Shown in pieces: positions 1 to 13,330 of a stretch of DNA of 64,000 nt. Under the pieces are notes generated by a model, which saw nothing but the letters and a program-made list of their open reading frames with translations, had not been told where the DNA came from and did not search any database. The translations under genes and the position numbers were made by a program. Position 1 is the stretch's first letter; each line of letters opens with the position of its first letter. This DNA comes from the human T2T-CHM13v2.0 reference genome, Homo sapiens, in the NCBI RefSeq assembly GCF_009914755.1, contig NC_060947.1; one strand, written 5' to 3'.

Positions 1-81
1 GGTTCCTCCCATGACAGGTGGGGATTATGAGAATTACAATTCAAGATAAGATTTGGGTGGGGAAACAGCCAAACCATATCA
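1..81 (-). mobile_element. MaLR LTR (THE1/MST) fragment, cut by window edge
   Basis: GGGATTATG...AATTCAAGATAAGATTTGGGTGGGGAAACAGCCAAACCATATCA is the characteristic THE1/MST terminus. Confidence 0.8.
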
Positions 82-825
82 CTAAGTATCTAGCAAATAG
101 TAAGAACTCAATAAATATTTTCTAATCTTGTTGTTGAAACTGTAAAACAAACTGAGTTTAAAATCTAGGCAGCCACTGTAACCATACAGTCACCTGTTCC
201 TAAAGTCAATAGAAAAAAGAACAGACCTTCTCCAACTCTATCCTGTGTCCCCTGGCCTTGGCCCCGTTTATTCCTCTACCTCTGCTACAAATCCAGGTTG
301 TGTTCATGTGGGTTGTGAATAAGAGCTCCATATCCCAGTCCTGAGCTGGCCACCATGACAGGGTGGCATGGAGGGGAAGGTACTTACTGGGACAGGACAA
401 CTGCTGGCAGAGCAGATGGGAAGGAAGGACAGTCTGCATCCCAGGGCTACTCACAGCTCTGGTAGGCACCATGCTTCTAGCCTCACAAAAGGCAACTCCA
501 ATAGGCTGATGCACACATGCAGAGGCTTCTCTCCCTCCCTGGCCACCAGCACAAGAGCTTTTCAGTTCCCAGAGCTGTGGAACAATTGGGAAACTCTAGG
601 CAGGATCCACATGACACTGAGTACCACAGTCAAAATAACTGGGGTCCACCAGAAAGAAGCCAGTTAACAGATTGGTCAAGACATAGTCAGTCTATTTTAT
701 ACATTTTGATAATTCTAGATGTTGAAGAAGATTCCCTTCTTAGAATATTGCCTTGTCAATAACAGCCTGATTATGTATTGACCAGAAATTAATTTCGCCA
801 GCATAAAAGCATAGGAATAATTTAG

Positions 826-1132
<307 letters not shown>

Positions 1133-2301
1133 TGATTTGTATAAACTAAAAGCTATTGCAAAGTTCATGAAAGAAGAACAAGTGAAAGATAACAAAACAG
1201 AAAATTTGGGGGCTGAGAAAGCACCCCTAATCCCATGATCCTAAAAAGTTGTTTTTTTATTTTTACATTTTCCCTACCTCCAAGCCCCTATCTCTATTCA
1301 TACTTTAATTTTATATATGGCATTTTAAAAATCATATATTATGCCTTGTTTACACAAGTAGTACATGTTCATAACAAAAACTTAATACAGAAAAATTAAT
1401 ACAGATAAGAACAATTATACAATATTATAAATAGTACTTATTTATAATAATAAATATTTAATGTATTAATACAGATAAATGGTCTACAATCCTATTAATC
1501 AGAGATAACCATTGTTAACATTTTGGTTAGCCACTGTTTAGTGTGTACTTCTTAATCTAACTATATAAGTATAGACAAAGATATTTTACCTACGCACAAA
1601 GGTGCACACACTTGTGGCCAAATGCATACAGACCCGAAGTTTCCTATTTAAAAAAGTACCTTTTTGGTTTAATGATAGTTTGTGAACACATTTCCATATT
1701 AATAAATACATCATAGTAAGATGATACCTTATAACCTTTCCCAGCCTTATAACTCCAGAATTATTATTTTATAATCCAATGATCAGGGATGCTGCATTGA
1801 AAATATATTCATTACTCAAATTATGACCCATTACCCATTCTGTATCCTGCACAGGACATGGGGAAGTACAGATATATCTACCATTTATTAAACCTGCTTA
1901 GTATGTACCATGCCTTGTGCCATTGTCACATTACAAATGTCTCTCACAACAACCCTGTGATATGGGTACCATTGTTCCTAGTGGATGAAGAAACTGAGAG
2001 AAGCTCTGAATGGGTATTTCAACCATTCTCAGACCTAGAAAAAGTAGAAGGGCTCCACACTGAAGACACATCTGTCTGACTTTCAAGCCCACTCTTGTTC
2101 TCTGTGGCACTCATTTGGGAGTTGAGCTGTGGTAGTTAGGATATGATTAGAGAATGGACTAGAGCAGAGTAGTAAGTGGGGACAGCAAGACAAACAAAGA
2201 GTCTCAACTTGTGTTATATCAATGATAAGTCCCATGGGCTATGAGAAACTGCAGAGATCCCAACTGGGGGAGTAGTCACAGAAAGTTTCATGGGAAGGTG
2301 G

Positions 2302-2647
2302 TGTCTTAGTCAATTCTTACGTTGCTATAAAGAACTATGTGAGACTGGGTAATTTTTGAAGAAAAGAGGTTTAATTGACTCATGGTTCTGCAGGCTGTAC
2401 AGAAAGCATGGCTGGGGAGGCCTCAGGAAACTTACAATCATGGTGTATTATGTATTGACCAGAAATGAATTTGACCAGCATAAAAGCATAGGAATAATTT
2501 AGAATATATATATATGTGTGTGTGTATGTATATATATATATGTATGTGTATATATATATGTATGTGTATATATATATGTATGTGTATATATATGTATGTG
2601 TATATATATATGTATGTGTATATATATATGTATGTGTATATATATAT

Positions 2648-2710
<63 letters not shown>

Positions 2711-2966
2711 TAGGGTCTCGCTCTGTCATCCAGAAAACAGGGAAGCAGGCATGTCCCTACATTTTTGGAGCAGGAGGAAGAGAGCGAAGGGGGAGGTGCT
2801 ACATACCTTTAAACAGCCAGATCTCATGAAAACTCACTATCACAAGAACAGCAAGGGGGAAATTCGCCCCCATGATCCAATCACCTCCCACCAGGCCCCT
2901 TCTCCAACACTGGGGATTACAATTCAACATGAGATTTGGGCAAGGACACAGACTCAAACCATATCA
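2302..2966 (-). mobile_element. MSTA-like MaLR solo LTR interrupted by an insertion (2447-2733)
   Basis: TG...CA ends, MST motifs (GAGACTGGGTAATT, GGCCTCAGGAAACTTACAATCATGG, CAAACCATATCA), 5-bp TSD GGTGG at 2297-2301 and 2967-2971. Confidence 0.9.
2505..2710. repeat. Compound microsatellite (TA)n/(TATG)/(TG) with ~18-bp higher-order unit, followed by (GA)n
   Basis: Directly visible; explains ORFs 2499-2729, 2514-2990 and 2516-2713. Confidence 0.97.
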
Positions 2967-3608
2967 GGTGGAATCAGAGATGGATCTTGAAGGATAAGCA
3001 AGGCTGGCACTTTGTATGGGGTAAGGGAGCAGCAAGAGCAAAGGCTTGGTGGTGGAAATTTAACATTCAATGGTCTTGTCCTGGTAAGGAGACTCGTCTT
3101 ATGAGAGGAAAGGGCTTGCCCTGGCAGGAACATACATGCAGGCAGTCATCCATGTATGTTCCTGCACAGTGTCAATGAGAGTCACTCATACTCTGACAAT
3201 ATTCGGGAAGCCAAGATTTGTAGAACATTCTGTTTCCATATGGTTAGTTAGTTATGAGTTTCAGAACTTGGAAACCTTGCAACCTTCGGAAAGAACCAGA
3301 CTACATATTAACGGATTAAAGTTTCAAATGTCATTTTCCATTTCTGTCCAAATGAGGTTGAGACATTTTTGATGAAAAAAAATATCAAGCTTCTCATGAC
3401 TAGTTTCTTGCACGGTATCTGAATGATTTGGATCACTGGTTGACTTGATGGTAGCCACTCAACACCAAGACAGAATCGTTTCCAATCATGTGGATTTTCA
3501 GTATCAAAGACAGATACTGATACTAAGTGACAGAAGTTAGGTTTCAGAGTTGAGCATGATGCTTAAATCTCTTCTTCTGATTAGCTTTGATAACTCCATG
3601 TCTTTAAA

Positions 3609-3919
3609 TTTTGTTTTATTCTTTTGCGACAGGATCTCACTCTGTCGCCCAGGCTGGAGTGCAGTGGCACAATCAAGGCTCACTGTAGCCTTGTAATCCT
3701 GGGCTCAAGCGATCCTCCAACCTCAGCCTCCTGATTAGCTGGGACTGCAGGCGTGAGCCAACATGCCCAGCTGATTTTTTTTTTTTTTTTTTTGACTTGT
3801 AGTAGAGACAAGGTCTTGCTAAGTTGCCCAGGCTGGTTTCTAACTCCTGAGCTCAATCAGTCCTCCTGCCTTGGCCTCCCAAAGTGCTGGGATTACAGGC
3901 ATGAGCCACCATGCCTGGC
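3609..3919 (-). mobile_element. Alu (J-like)
   Basis: Alu dimer; TSD TCCATGTCTTTAAA / TCCATCTCTTTAAA. Confidence 0.95.
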
Positions 3920-4949
3920 TCCATCTCTTTAAAAAGCAATCTGCCTCTTTAGTTTGATCTATCATTTGTCTCTGACCCTCCCCAGAGTAGCTTTCTTTTG
4001 AACATCCTATGTGAGGGACTACACACATTCTAAAACTAGGCTTCATCTTTTGATACAAACCAGCTTCCTGAATTCTGTGTGCAGGTATACACTGTTTCTG
4101 CACATTTTTGTCTACATGACACCACAAACTGCTCTGACTTGTGTATTTTTTATTTTTTTACTTTTCAACCAATGATTTTGGTGAGTAGATCCAGCCTGAA
4201 GATAAGCAATAATACTTGTACTTGTTCCACTTCGACTACCCAACAGTGGCTAATGGTTCAAAGGTCATCAATAAGAGATTGGATTTGGTTTTAAAGTTCT
4301 CTTTTAAAACCAAAGAAAACACAGTGTTGCACTAGGCCCTGTATATAATGTTTGGCTTGGATGCAGGTGAGAGGTTCTTGGGAAGGCTTGATGCAACACA
4401 GTCTTCAAAGACTTTAGAAATTGGCATTTCCCCAGTTTGCTTTTAGCATCCAACTTTTGTTGCTGATCAGAGTTGACACTTATTCATAGAGGCAAAGACA
4501 GAAAGAATGTGAACCCTTGGGACAGCTAAGAAGGGTGGAGGGATTGGTCTGAAAGATTCACAAGGTGACCCAAGTGGGGATTTCTTCGGCCAAGTGGCTA
4601 GAACTGCTATTAATTCTTGCTGTCTTCAGATGTGTGGTAGTGAGTCATCTGCTGGGGTAGGATTAGTCTTATTTTGTAGGAATGGACAGCACAAAGATTC
4701 CACCCAGATCTTATATAACATGCTGGCCCCAGAGCTCAACACACTCTCTTTCTATAATAATTCTTAGCTACAGAGCATTTTACCAAGTTTGAATAATCAC
4801 TAAGCTCAGTTCTTGAGGAAGAACGGAAGTGCCACCATACAAAGCTCAATCTTAGGGATCATATACCAACACAGATCTTTCCATTTCATACAATCAGTCC
4901 TCTCAGAAGTTGGTTTTCTCATCAACCCAATTAGTGTGGTCCTATAATC

Positions 4950-5140
4950 TAGGAGTTGGAAAATGGGAAATTGAGTTCTGACCCTCATTAGCTGTTAGAC
5001 CCTGAGAAAATCATCTCACTTCTCTGAACCTCCATTTTCTCATCTACAAAGTGGGCATCTATATATCTGCCCTGCGTATGTGTCAGCACTGCTGTATGAA
5101 ATAAGATAGCATACATAAAAGTACTTTGGAAATCATAACT
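4950..5140 (+). mobile_element. MIR relic
   Basis: Core ...CACTTCTCTGAACCTCCATTTTCTCATCTACAAAGTGGG... Confidence 0.65.
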
Positions 5141-5818
5141 TATAACAAGTATAAGAAATTATTGTGATTACTTTGGTTTTGTAGGGTATGTTATGGTTAT
5201 GTTGCCAACAAAACCTAAATAACAATTTCTAATATAAAAATATTTTTTTAAAAAAAACAAGCATTGAGTACACTATAAAAATGTGGAAATCTGGGCAGCA
5301 AGTTTGGGCACAATATGGCAGTCTATGACCCCAAAACTCATTTGAGATAAGCCAATAATAAAAGAGACTTTTTTACTTTAGGAGCTTCCAAATGCCCACC
5401 CTGACAAATGGTGCCCAGCTCTGAGTGATACTGGGACCCTTGAAGCATTGCTAAAAGCCCACCACCCAGATGTTCTGTGCATGTGTCCCATGCTTAGAAA
5501 ACTCCTAAACTTTCCAGAAACTACCTATGATAGTTTAAGATGTTATTTACTCAAGACAGTGGCATGGGAAACAAGCTCAAATAAAAGGAGTATGCCTTTT
5601 GTGCTGAAGATCCAGAGCAGGGGTTGCCAACTTCTCTGAAGAGTCAGACATAACAAATTCCTTACATTGGGGTAAAGGGAACAGAGCAAGCACAGGTCTG
5701 GAAGTAGACAAAGATCACTAATCCAGATGGGCCTACCTCGTGATATCTCACATATACTACCATTTTAAGATCCATTTGAGCTAATAAGCACCTTTTTCTT
5801 TTAAAATGCAATGTCTAA

Positions 5819-6115
5819 GGCTGGGTGTGGTGGCTCACGCCTGTAATCCCAACACTGGGAGGCCAAGGTGGGAGAATCAATTGAGCTCAGGAGTCTGAGA
5901 CCAGCCTGGGCAACATAGTGAGACCCGGCCTCCACAAAAAAATACAAAAATTAGCTGGTTGTGGTGACGTGTATCTGTAGTACCAGCTACTTGGGAGGTT
6001 GGGGCAGGAGGATTGTTTGAGCCTGGGAGGTAGGGGGTTGCAGTGAGCCTAGATTGCGCCACTGCACTCCAGCCTGGGTGACAGAGTGAGACCCTGTCTC
6101 AAAAAAATATAAATA
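5819..6115 (+). mobile_element. Alu (J-like)
   Basis: GGCTGGGTGTGGTGGCTCACGCCTGTAATCCC... to A-tail. Confidence 0.95.
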
Positions 6116-6526
6116 AATACAATGTAATCTCTTTGAAGATAAGGTCTATCACCCACTTATACCTTAGTGTAAGTGTCTTTAGTTAATCCTTAGTCATGTT
6201 CTCCCATCTGAGATCTGTTATAATGTAAGAATAAACATTTTGACTGAAGAGTAAGAGTAGTTTTAAAGTTTAGCATATTTTGGGGAAGGGCAGCTTGGAG
6301 TGGACAGTCAGAGGGAGATATCATAGAGTTTCTGTGGGTAAGGCAAAGAAGGGCCACCAGGAAGCAGGAGCAAAGTGCAAAAATCGAAGATGAAGGACAC
6401 GACAAGACCCAGGATATGTTCTCAGCTGTTCCTGTAGGCAAGTAAAAATAATAAAGACCTGAATTTTGGTATGCTAGCTGTGGGTGGCCAATGCCTAATC
6501 TAGAGAAATGACAGTGGGACTGAATT

Positions 6527-6861
<335 letters not shown>

Positions 6862-7825
6862 TAAGGGAAAACAGAGTAGAAGGAGAGGAAAGGACACTGT
6901 GCACATAATGGTTCCCAGTCACTCATGATGATCTAAGCCACAAGGACCCCAGAACACCTTACATTTAGCCTGAGCCACAGACACAGCACAAGATTGAGTC
7001 AGTGTGGCCTTGAGTTCACTGAGCCATGGCTAACAGTCCATCAGCAGAGCCATGCTTCATCCTTTGACTGAGGCAGCGCAAGCTCACCAGGGCAAATGAA
7101 GTCTCTAGGTGAACATAGGTTGTTCTTTTCAAGTAAACAGGAAAAGAGTGAAAGCTTTGTAGTAGCCCCAACAGTGGATATCATTTTAAGCAAATTCTGT
7201 AAGCCAAAATCCACATTTGTGCATTAGGAAAATAAGATGGAGTAGTGGACAATACAGGGTTGGATGGATCTACAGACGTGATAAAACAAGTATAGCAAAA
7301 AATTGGTGGCAAAATCTGGGTGATAGGTACATGGATGTTTACTAAAAATATTTAAGTTTACTGTATGTTTAAAATTTTTCATAATAGAAGGGTGGAGGGG
7401 CAAGAGATTCTTCCCTCAGAAAAAAATCCACATTTGCAAAAGTGATCTTTTAGGGCATGGTACACTTTTCTAGAAAAGGATTTTCCTGATTAACTTTTAA
7501 ACAAGCCCATCACTTCTGAGGAGTGCAGTACACAAATGAAGTGGATGTCATCCTTGCTGAAACTATATTAGCAGATTCTTCATTTCCAGGGAGAGAGGGA
7601 ACATGAAAAACATAGAGATGTCTAAAATTTCAGTGCAAATGTAACCAGTTTATAATTTTTTTAATACAATGTCCCCAAAAACTTCAAGAAAGAAAATATT
7701 CCCTCAGTTTAAAATGCATGTTAAAATCTGCTTAAGTGTGTGGGGGGGGGTTGGTCTGTGTATGTGTGTATGTGTCTTAAATTCTGTGGAAATTAACATG
7801 ATTTATTTAACAAAAAGCAGACCAC

Positions 7826-8367
7826 TGAAAGAGGAGGAAGGAAGAAACTGGTCAGGCAGGCAGTTAGGGTAGGTCCTCAGTTGAGTTCTTTCAAATAAAG
7901 AACAGCTTGCAGACACAGATAAGGGAACTGGCACAGAGGTGCTTGCCTAAGGTATGCCCACAGCCACATAGATAAGAAAAGCTACACAGGAGACTTGCCT
8001 AGACATCCCTGCAATGGAAAATTCCATCCCCTGACACATGTGCAGTAAGGGGAATAAAGCAATATGGAATAACTCAAGCAAAGGGCCCACATGTGTACTA
8101 GGAGGATGGGGTGGAGCTACCATAAATTTGCACCTCATGCAAATGAGACACCCAACCCTCATCAGTTTCTAATAAAAGCCTCTGTATTCAACTGTGAAGT
8201 GGCAACATTTTTTTTGGGGACCCCTCTCTATGGCAGAGGGCTTTCTCTCTTTCTTTTGCTTATTAAAGTCCTGCTCTATCCTCACCCTTGGAGTGTCTGC
8301 ATCCTTGATTTCCTTGGCCATGAGACAAAGAACTTCGGGTGGCACCCCAGATAGAAAGGCTGTTTCA
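7826..8367 (+). mobile_element. ERV1 solo LTR, MER61-like
   Basis: TGAAAGAGGAGGAAGGAAGAAACTGGTCAGGCAGGCAGTTAGGG ... GCTGTTTCA; TG/CA ends, 4-bp TSD CCAC/CCAT, internal ATTAAA; resembles recalled MER61 consensus. Confidence 0.75.
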
Positions 8368-9301
8368 CCATTACAGATCTGTGAGTTAAAGGGGGGTGAA
8401 CAGAGATCTTGTGTGCAGAGTTTCCTTTATGAGGAAACAAGAGTGAGGGATCAAAAACAGATCCACAAAAATTAGGTAAGGAGACACCTTCTAAATATGG
8501 GGTGATAGGGTGGTCATTCAGGTTCATGCTGCTGAAATGAGTCTACATAATTGGACTGTCCTGTTCTTGCTGACTGTAGTGAAATAAGGCAATAAAAGTG
8601 CAGTTTGGGTTTTCTCTCTCCTGCTTGGAATCATGATACTGGGGTATGGCTTGGCCTACAAAGCGCCTTCCCATTTGATTTGCTCCTCTACACAGCGCTG
8701 AGAATTTGAATGTTTGAATGGCAATTGTAATTCTCATCTCGCAGATGGAGACACAGAGACTCAGGGAGAGTCAGAGAGGTCACACATAAAGGCTAGGGCT
8801 GGGCCACAAACTCCCATTGCTTGGCACCTGATCGCTGTCTCTATGGAGATTGAACCTGAGTGTCTTGGTGACTTCAGGTACTGTGATTAGGTGTAGGATT
8901 TCAAGCTATTCCAACATAGGTTTCAGCTATGCTAAGACAGCATTCCTTAAGACAGCTGAAGCCTTTCAAAGTACTAACTTTTCTGCCTGACTCTTATTCT
9001 TAGAAATGACACCTGGAAGGCACAGCTTCCCGTTACTCTAAGTGGCAACAATTTTTGCTTCTGCCTAGACTAGCCTGTTGTCTGTCTTGCAGGGGCAGGG
9101 CTGCGAACTTTGTATGTTTTAGGACTTTCAACTGCCAGAAGGCTAGAAGAGGCCCTTAAGTGGCCTTGCTCTAATAATCAGTACCTGGTGAGTCAAGAAT
9201 GCCTTTGTGTGATACAGCTCTGCTTCTCCCTACAGGATTTGCTAAGCAAAAGAGAGGATGTATTATTGTCAGAAATGATCTAGTCATTGAACTGTAGCTA
9301 G

Positions 9302-10011
9302 TGAAACTGCCTTTACAAAAACCCTAACAGTGAAGAAATTATGGCAGTGAAGGAGATCTGATCTGGCCAACCCTCATCTTGCCTTTAGCCTTCAAGCTGC
9401 CCTTAATTATTCCTGGGCTTATTTGGGAGACATTTAGTTTATAGTTTAAATGATAATAGTCCTTTCCCAAAACTCAACTGCCTTTGTAAAGCTAATGAGA
9501 AACCACCAGACTAGGAGGATAGAAAAGCCTGAATTTCATTAAGGTATAGATATCAAGGATTGCCAGCCATTATTCTGGAGGTCACAAGATATGCAACTTT
9601 CCCAATTACTCCTGCAGATAACGTCACCATTGTAGAACCTACGACTGGCCTTTTGAGATATCGTTTCAGGTTTTTTGCATGTCTGACCGAAGGCTCCACC
9701 TGGACCTGCCAACTGCTCCTGTGGCCCCACCCAGAAGCGATCAGTCCAAGAGGACAGCTTCAACTCCCTATTATTTCATCTCTGACCCAAACAGTCAGCA
9801 CTGTCCATACCTTAGCTCCCTGTCCAGCAAACTATCTGAAAAACTCCTAACATCTGAACCTTCCATGAAACTGATTTGAATAATAACTCCATCTTCTGCA
9901 TGGTGTGGCCAGCCTCGCGTTAATTAAACTCTTTCTTTACTGCAATGACATGGTCTCTGTGAATTGATTTTGTTTGTGCAGTGGGCAGGAAGGACCCCTT
10001 GGGCAGTTACA
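9302..10011 (+). mobile_element. ERV1 solo LTR, LTR8-family
   Basis: TGAAACTGCCTTTACAAAA ... GGGCAGTTACA; perfect 4-bp TSD CTAG (9298-9301 / 10012-10015). Confidence 0.85.
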
Positions 10012-10788
10012 CTAGGACACCTGCTCCCTAGGTTTTTGTACTCAGCATTATGGGAAAGATACTCACTCCTCTTTCTAGCCCTGAACACAGAAAAGCAAAC
10101 ATGTTGGGAATGTCAAAATGGCAGGAGAAATTGTGCCTTTTAATCCAAAGGGATGTTTGGAGAAGAATGATCAGTCAGCTTTGTTTCCCCCCAACCCCCA
10201 CCCCCTTGGCTCATTTCTTACAGGAAAAGGGGGAGGAAGAAAAGTTTGTCAGGATTTTGCAAATGAAAAACACGTCCACACTGACAGAAATAGACTGTTT
10301 TCTATTAAGGAATTTGGTCATGGGAACAATTATTTTTGAATTTATCATCATGTTTATAAAATGATATTCCAGAAAAGATTAGAAGGAGAGATTTTGTGAA
10401 ATAATTCCTCTAGCTTGGTTCTCTTTGTGAATGCCTCAATAAACAACGTTAGCCATATTGCTGTTGTTTTCTATTGAACTTTGACCGGGAGATTTAAAAA
10501 TTGCTGCAAGTGAGACAAGAAGGTTCTCCTCTATTTTCCAATTTGTGATATTAGTGTTTTCTATTTATTAAGTTCTCCATGCCACCTAGTGTTTATCTGA
10601 AGAAATACCAGATGATTGTTAGCAAGTCCCCCAGTCCTGTGCAGGGCTTCAAGTTCATGCAGTAACTCAGTTAGACATGCTCTGTGTGACATCCCGACTG
10701 ACTGAAAAGTTTGTGATGATCTTCAACACTAACACATATGACCCAATTCTTCTCCCTGAAGAAAACATTAACTTTTTTTCTTCTATAG

Positions 10789-10899
10789 CAAGCTTGTCCA
10801 ACCTACAGTCCACGGGCCACATGCATGCAGCTCGGGACAGCTTTGAATGTGGCCCAGCACAAATTCATAAACTTTCTTAAAACATTATGAGATTTTTTG

Positions 10900-10933
<34 letters not shown>

Positions 10934-11023
10934 CATCAGCTATTGTTAGTGTATTTTATGTGTGGCCCAAGAAAATTCTTCTTCCAATGTGGCCCAGGGA
11001 AGCCAAAAGATTGGACACCCCTG
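10789..11023. mobile_element. MER30 hAT-Charlie non-autonomous DNA transposon
   Basis: CAAGCTTGTCCAA...TTGGACACCCCTG termini, internal poly-T, degenerate 8-bp TSD TTCTATAG/GTCTGTAG. Confidence 0.85.
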
Positions 11024-12477
11024 GTCTGTAGGACTTACTGGCATCAAAGAAGTCTAGAATGGTCATTAGAATGGTCATGGTGGAAGGGACATTCCAGACC
11101 TTTACACCCCAGCCCACTGTTGTGCCAGGAAACCCTTGTGTACAATGCAGTGTTTCACAACAGCCTCCCTGGAACATCAACTTTGCTCTTTATTTTTTTC
11201 TTTGAAAGTATCTGAAATATATGACAGGAAAGCCAGGAGGGGCCTGAAAACCATTCAGAATCTCTGTTTCTCTCTGTGGCTGCAGCAGTAGGCAGAGAAC
11301 GCACAAGAAAGAAAGGGCCTGTTTTATCTCTGGCAGGCGCTGGCCCAGCAGCAGGATCCAGGTTGTGCAGCTCACAGAGCTCTAGCTGGAAGGGCTTGAT
11401 TGAATTCCTCCTCCCTCTTCCTACCCGCCTCCAAAAACAACAAACCCCTTACAAACAATGCCCATGATGTTAGCAACAATGAAGCTGTCCTTTTCAAAAT
11501 GTGTCTTCTATCATTTGCCTTCAGTAATTACCAAGGCCTTCTAAATGCTACCACAAGCTGAGCTAGGGCTGGAGAGGGTGTGGGGGCAGGGAACAGAGCT
11601 GTAGGAATGAAGTCCAGTTTTCCAAAGGGACCCTGGCAATCCTGCTGTGGCCCTTTTCTGGGTTTACAGAAAGTAGTGGTTGTCATAATTCTGGCAAACA
11701 CATGCCCTGTATTTTATACAACAGTTCCAGTTTCAAATAGTTTCCCTTGTCGTTCACGTAAGCACACTTGGCCTGGTCACATTATGGATTTCTTTTCTTT
11801 TTTTTTAAGGTGGCTGCTTGGAAAATATGCTCACCATCTCATTAGAGCCACGGTCTAATAAGGAGGAAGCCCCTTTCTGCCACCCTTTGACAAACTTCCC
11901 CACTTACTGTTATTACTTCCCACGGGGCCTGAAGGGCCACAGGTTGCTGATAGGGTGAGGGCTTGCAAAGTCAGCTGGGGGCTTGAAGAGCTGGCAACCT
12001 TGATCTACACATTTGGAGCCTATAAAGCACATTCACTTTGGGCTAGTAAACAAAATGGATCTGAATTTTTTTTTTTTGTTTCTGTGTATGCTAATCTGGG
12101 CAATTTGCAAATCTTACTACAACAGACGAAATACTATTAACATGACCTTATTGAAACCCACATCTGTAGTGAGACAGGGAACCAGTCATCACAAGTGTCT
12201 CCACGCAAGGCCCCAGAGGATATCTCCAGGAGGTGAGAGCTGCATTTGACAAACTCCATAGGCTCTGAATCGCCTGTCAGTTCTGCAGAGAAAAGCCAAC
12301 GTTCCTGCTGACCACACACCATACCCGATGTCCTTAATTGGAACTCTGTCACCATAACATGGAGCTCTTGGGTCCCGCCTAACCCTTGGTTTTGTTATAG
12401 GCATTAAAAATGGGGGACCTCAGACCAGCTGGAAGGGAGGTGGTGCTGTCAAAGTGGGGAAAAAAGACAAAGAGAGG

Positions 12478-12897
12478 AGCTGGGCATGGTGGCTTACGGC
12501 TGTAATCCCAGGGTTTTGGGAGGCCAAGACGGAGGATCATTTGAGCCTAGGAGTTCAAGACAAGCCTGGGCAACATACAGAGACCCCACCTCTATAAAAA
12601 GTAGAAAACATAGCCAGACATGGTGGCAAATGCTGGTAGTCCCAGCTACTCAGGAGGCTGAGGCAGGAAGATAAGTTGAGGCCAGGAGTTTGAGACTAGC
12701 CTGGGCAACATAGTGAGATACCTGTCTCTACAAAAAATAAAGATTAAAAAAAAAAGCCAGGTGTGGTGGTGTGTGCCTGTAGTCCCAGCTACTCAGGAGG
12801 TTGAGGTGGGAGGATCACTTGAGCCCAGGAGTTTTAGGCTACAGTAAGCTATGATTGTACCACTGCACTCCAGCCTGAATGAGAGAGCAAGACTCTG
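12478..12897 (+). mobile_element. Compound Alu with three monomer units
   Basis: Left arm (~12478-12600), second monomer ending GGCAACATAGTGAGATACCTGTCTCTAC (~12612-12755), right arm (~12756-12897). Confidence 0.85.
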
Positions 12898-12899
12898 TT

Positions 12900-13330
12900 A
12901 GAAGGTAGGAAGGAAAAAAGGAAAGAAAGAAAGGAGAAGAGGAAGGGAGGAGAAAAGAAAGAAGGAAGGAAGGAAGAAAAAAAGAGAAGGAGAACAAAAA
13001 AAGGAAGAAAAAGAAGAAAAGAAAGAAGAAAGACAAAAGGAGAGAAGAAAGGAAAGAAAGAAAAAGAAGAAAAGACATTAAAAGAAAAGAGAAAAGAAAA
13101 GAAAGAAGGGGAGGGGAGAGAAGAGGAGAGGGGAGGGGAGGAGAGGGGAGGGGAGGAGAGGGGAGGGGAGGAGAGGGGAGGGGAGAGAAGAGGAGAGGGG
13201 AGGGGAGGAGAGGGGAGGGGAGAGAAGAGGAGAGGGGAGGAGAGGGGAGGGGAGGGGAGGGGGAAGGGAAGAGAAGAGGAAGGGAAGAGAGAGGGAGGGA
13301 GCTAGCCAGAAGCAGAGGAGGGCAGAGGAA
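12900..13330. repeat. Polypurine tract: (GAAG/GAAA)n grading into (GGGGA/GGAGA)n
   Basis: ~400 nt almost free of pyrimidines on the + strand. Confidence 0.95.

Noticed and set aside
2499-2990. YI/HI/CV-rich ORFs
   Set aside because: Translations of the microsatellite and MST LTR
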